A DNA stretch of 64,000 nucleotides from the NCBI RefSeq assembly GCF_006345805.1, contig NC_043011.1, positions 11,036,001 through 11,100,000 on the forward strand, in the 5' to 3' direction. The notes under the pieces are model-generated. The model saw nothing but the letters and a program-made list of their open reading frames with translations. It had not been told where the DNA came from and searched no databases. Both the position numbers and the translations under genes were made by a program. Below are positions 63,587-64,000 of this stretch, piece after piece. Position 1 is the first letter of the stretch, and each line of letters begins with the position of its first letter. The stretch is from Octopus sinensis. Its lineage: Eukaryota.

Positions 63587-64000
63587 CTGGTCTAAAACCA
63601 GAGATCACTTAACAACAAAGAAATCCAGTTTTTCTGCGAAGTCGGAACACGATTTAACTCTACGCATCATCTTTCGACGATTTGTTTCCGGCCACTACAA
63701 ACAGTTGTAGAAGGAGCCTCTTTCTTATTCTACAGCCATGATGACGGACGCCATCATATATTCGATGCCTTTTCTCCACCTTCGTCATCGCCATCGTCGT
63801 CTTTCTACTTCACGTCGTCGCTATCTTCGTCGCCATCATCACTAAGAACGATGTTGTCTCAAGTCCACTACAGTCGCCTTCCTCCACCACCGTCGCCTTT
63901 CAACACCGTCGACCTCCACAAGATGTACATAGCAACTCGCGGAACTTTAGCATGCACGCTGTATGTGCATATGCACACCAAGGATAAACAGCACCGTCTA

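Noticed and set aside
63735-64000. Short ORFs after the PBS as gag
   Set aside because: Low-complexity Ser/Pro/Arg sequence with no recognisable gag motif; truncated by the window end.

Overview
AT-rich, repeat-dense eukaryotic DNA. The repeat repertoire ((TA)n and (CAT)n microsatellites, tRNA-SINEs, RTE tails) looks like an octopus or other coleoid cephalopod; this is inference. One host gene spans almost the whole window on the minus strand: coatomer subunit beta (COPB1). I traced 13 coding exons with GT/AG boundaries and consistent phases from the ATG at 55761 to the exon at 4299-4404 (1613 nt, about 537 codons). A probable non-coding first exon and promoter lie near 59.8-60.05 kb, and the 3' part of the gene lies beyond position 1. 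The introns are filled with transposon relics: RTE, CR1, R4-like and Penelope-like retroelements, two tRNA-SINE families, Helitrons (one decayed helicase plus many non-autonomous copies), piggyBac-like and GG-ended 8-bp-TSD MITEs, and an LTR with a tRNA-Trp primer-binding site at the right edge. The most unusual items are four. (1) A 492-bp palindromic insertion with a 12-bp TSD, made of two back-to-back Pol III/tRNA-like heads each followed by a decayed hammerhead-ribozyme-like motif, sitting inside a Penelope RT relic; two more hammerhead-like cassettes occur elsewhere. (2) Two near-identical inverted 1.7-kb Helitrons bracketing three COPB1 exons that total 387 nt in frame, a circRNA or exon-skipping geometry. 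(3) A triple-nested Helitron > MITE > LTR stack. (4) A 271-bp tandem array carrying YY1/ETS/E-box-like words. The long 'YIYI' ORFs are microsatellite artefacts. All identities come from reading the sequence by eye; no searches were run.
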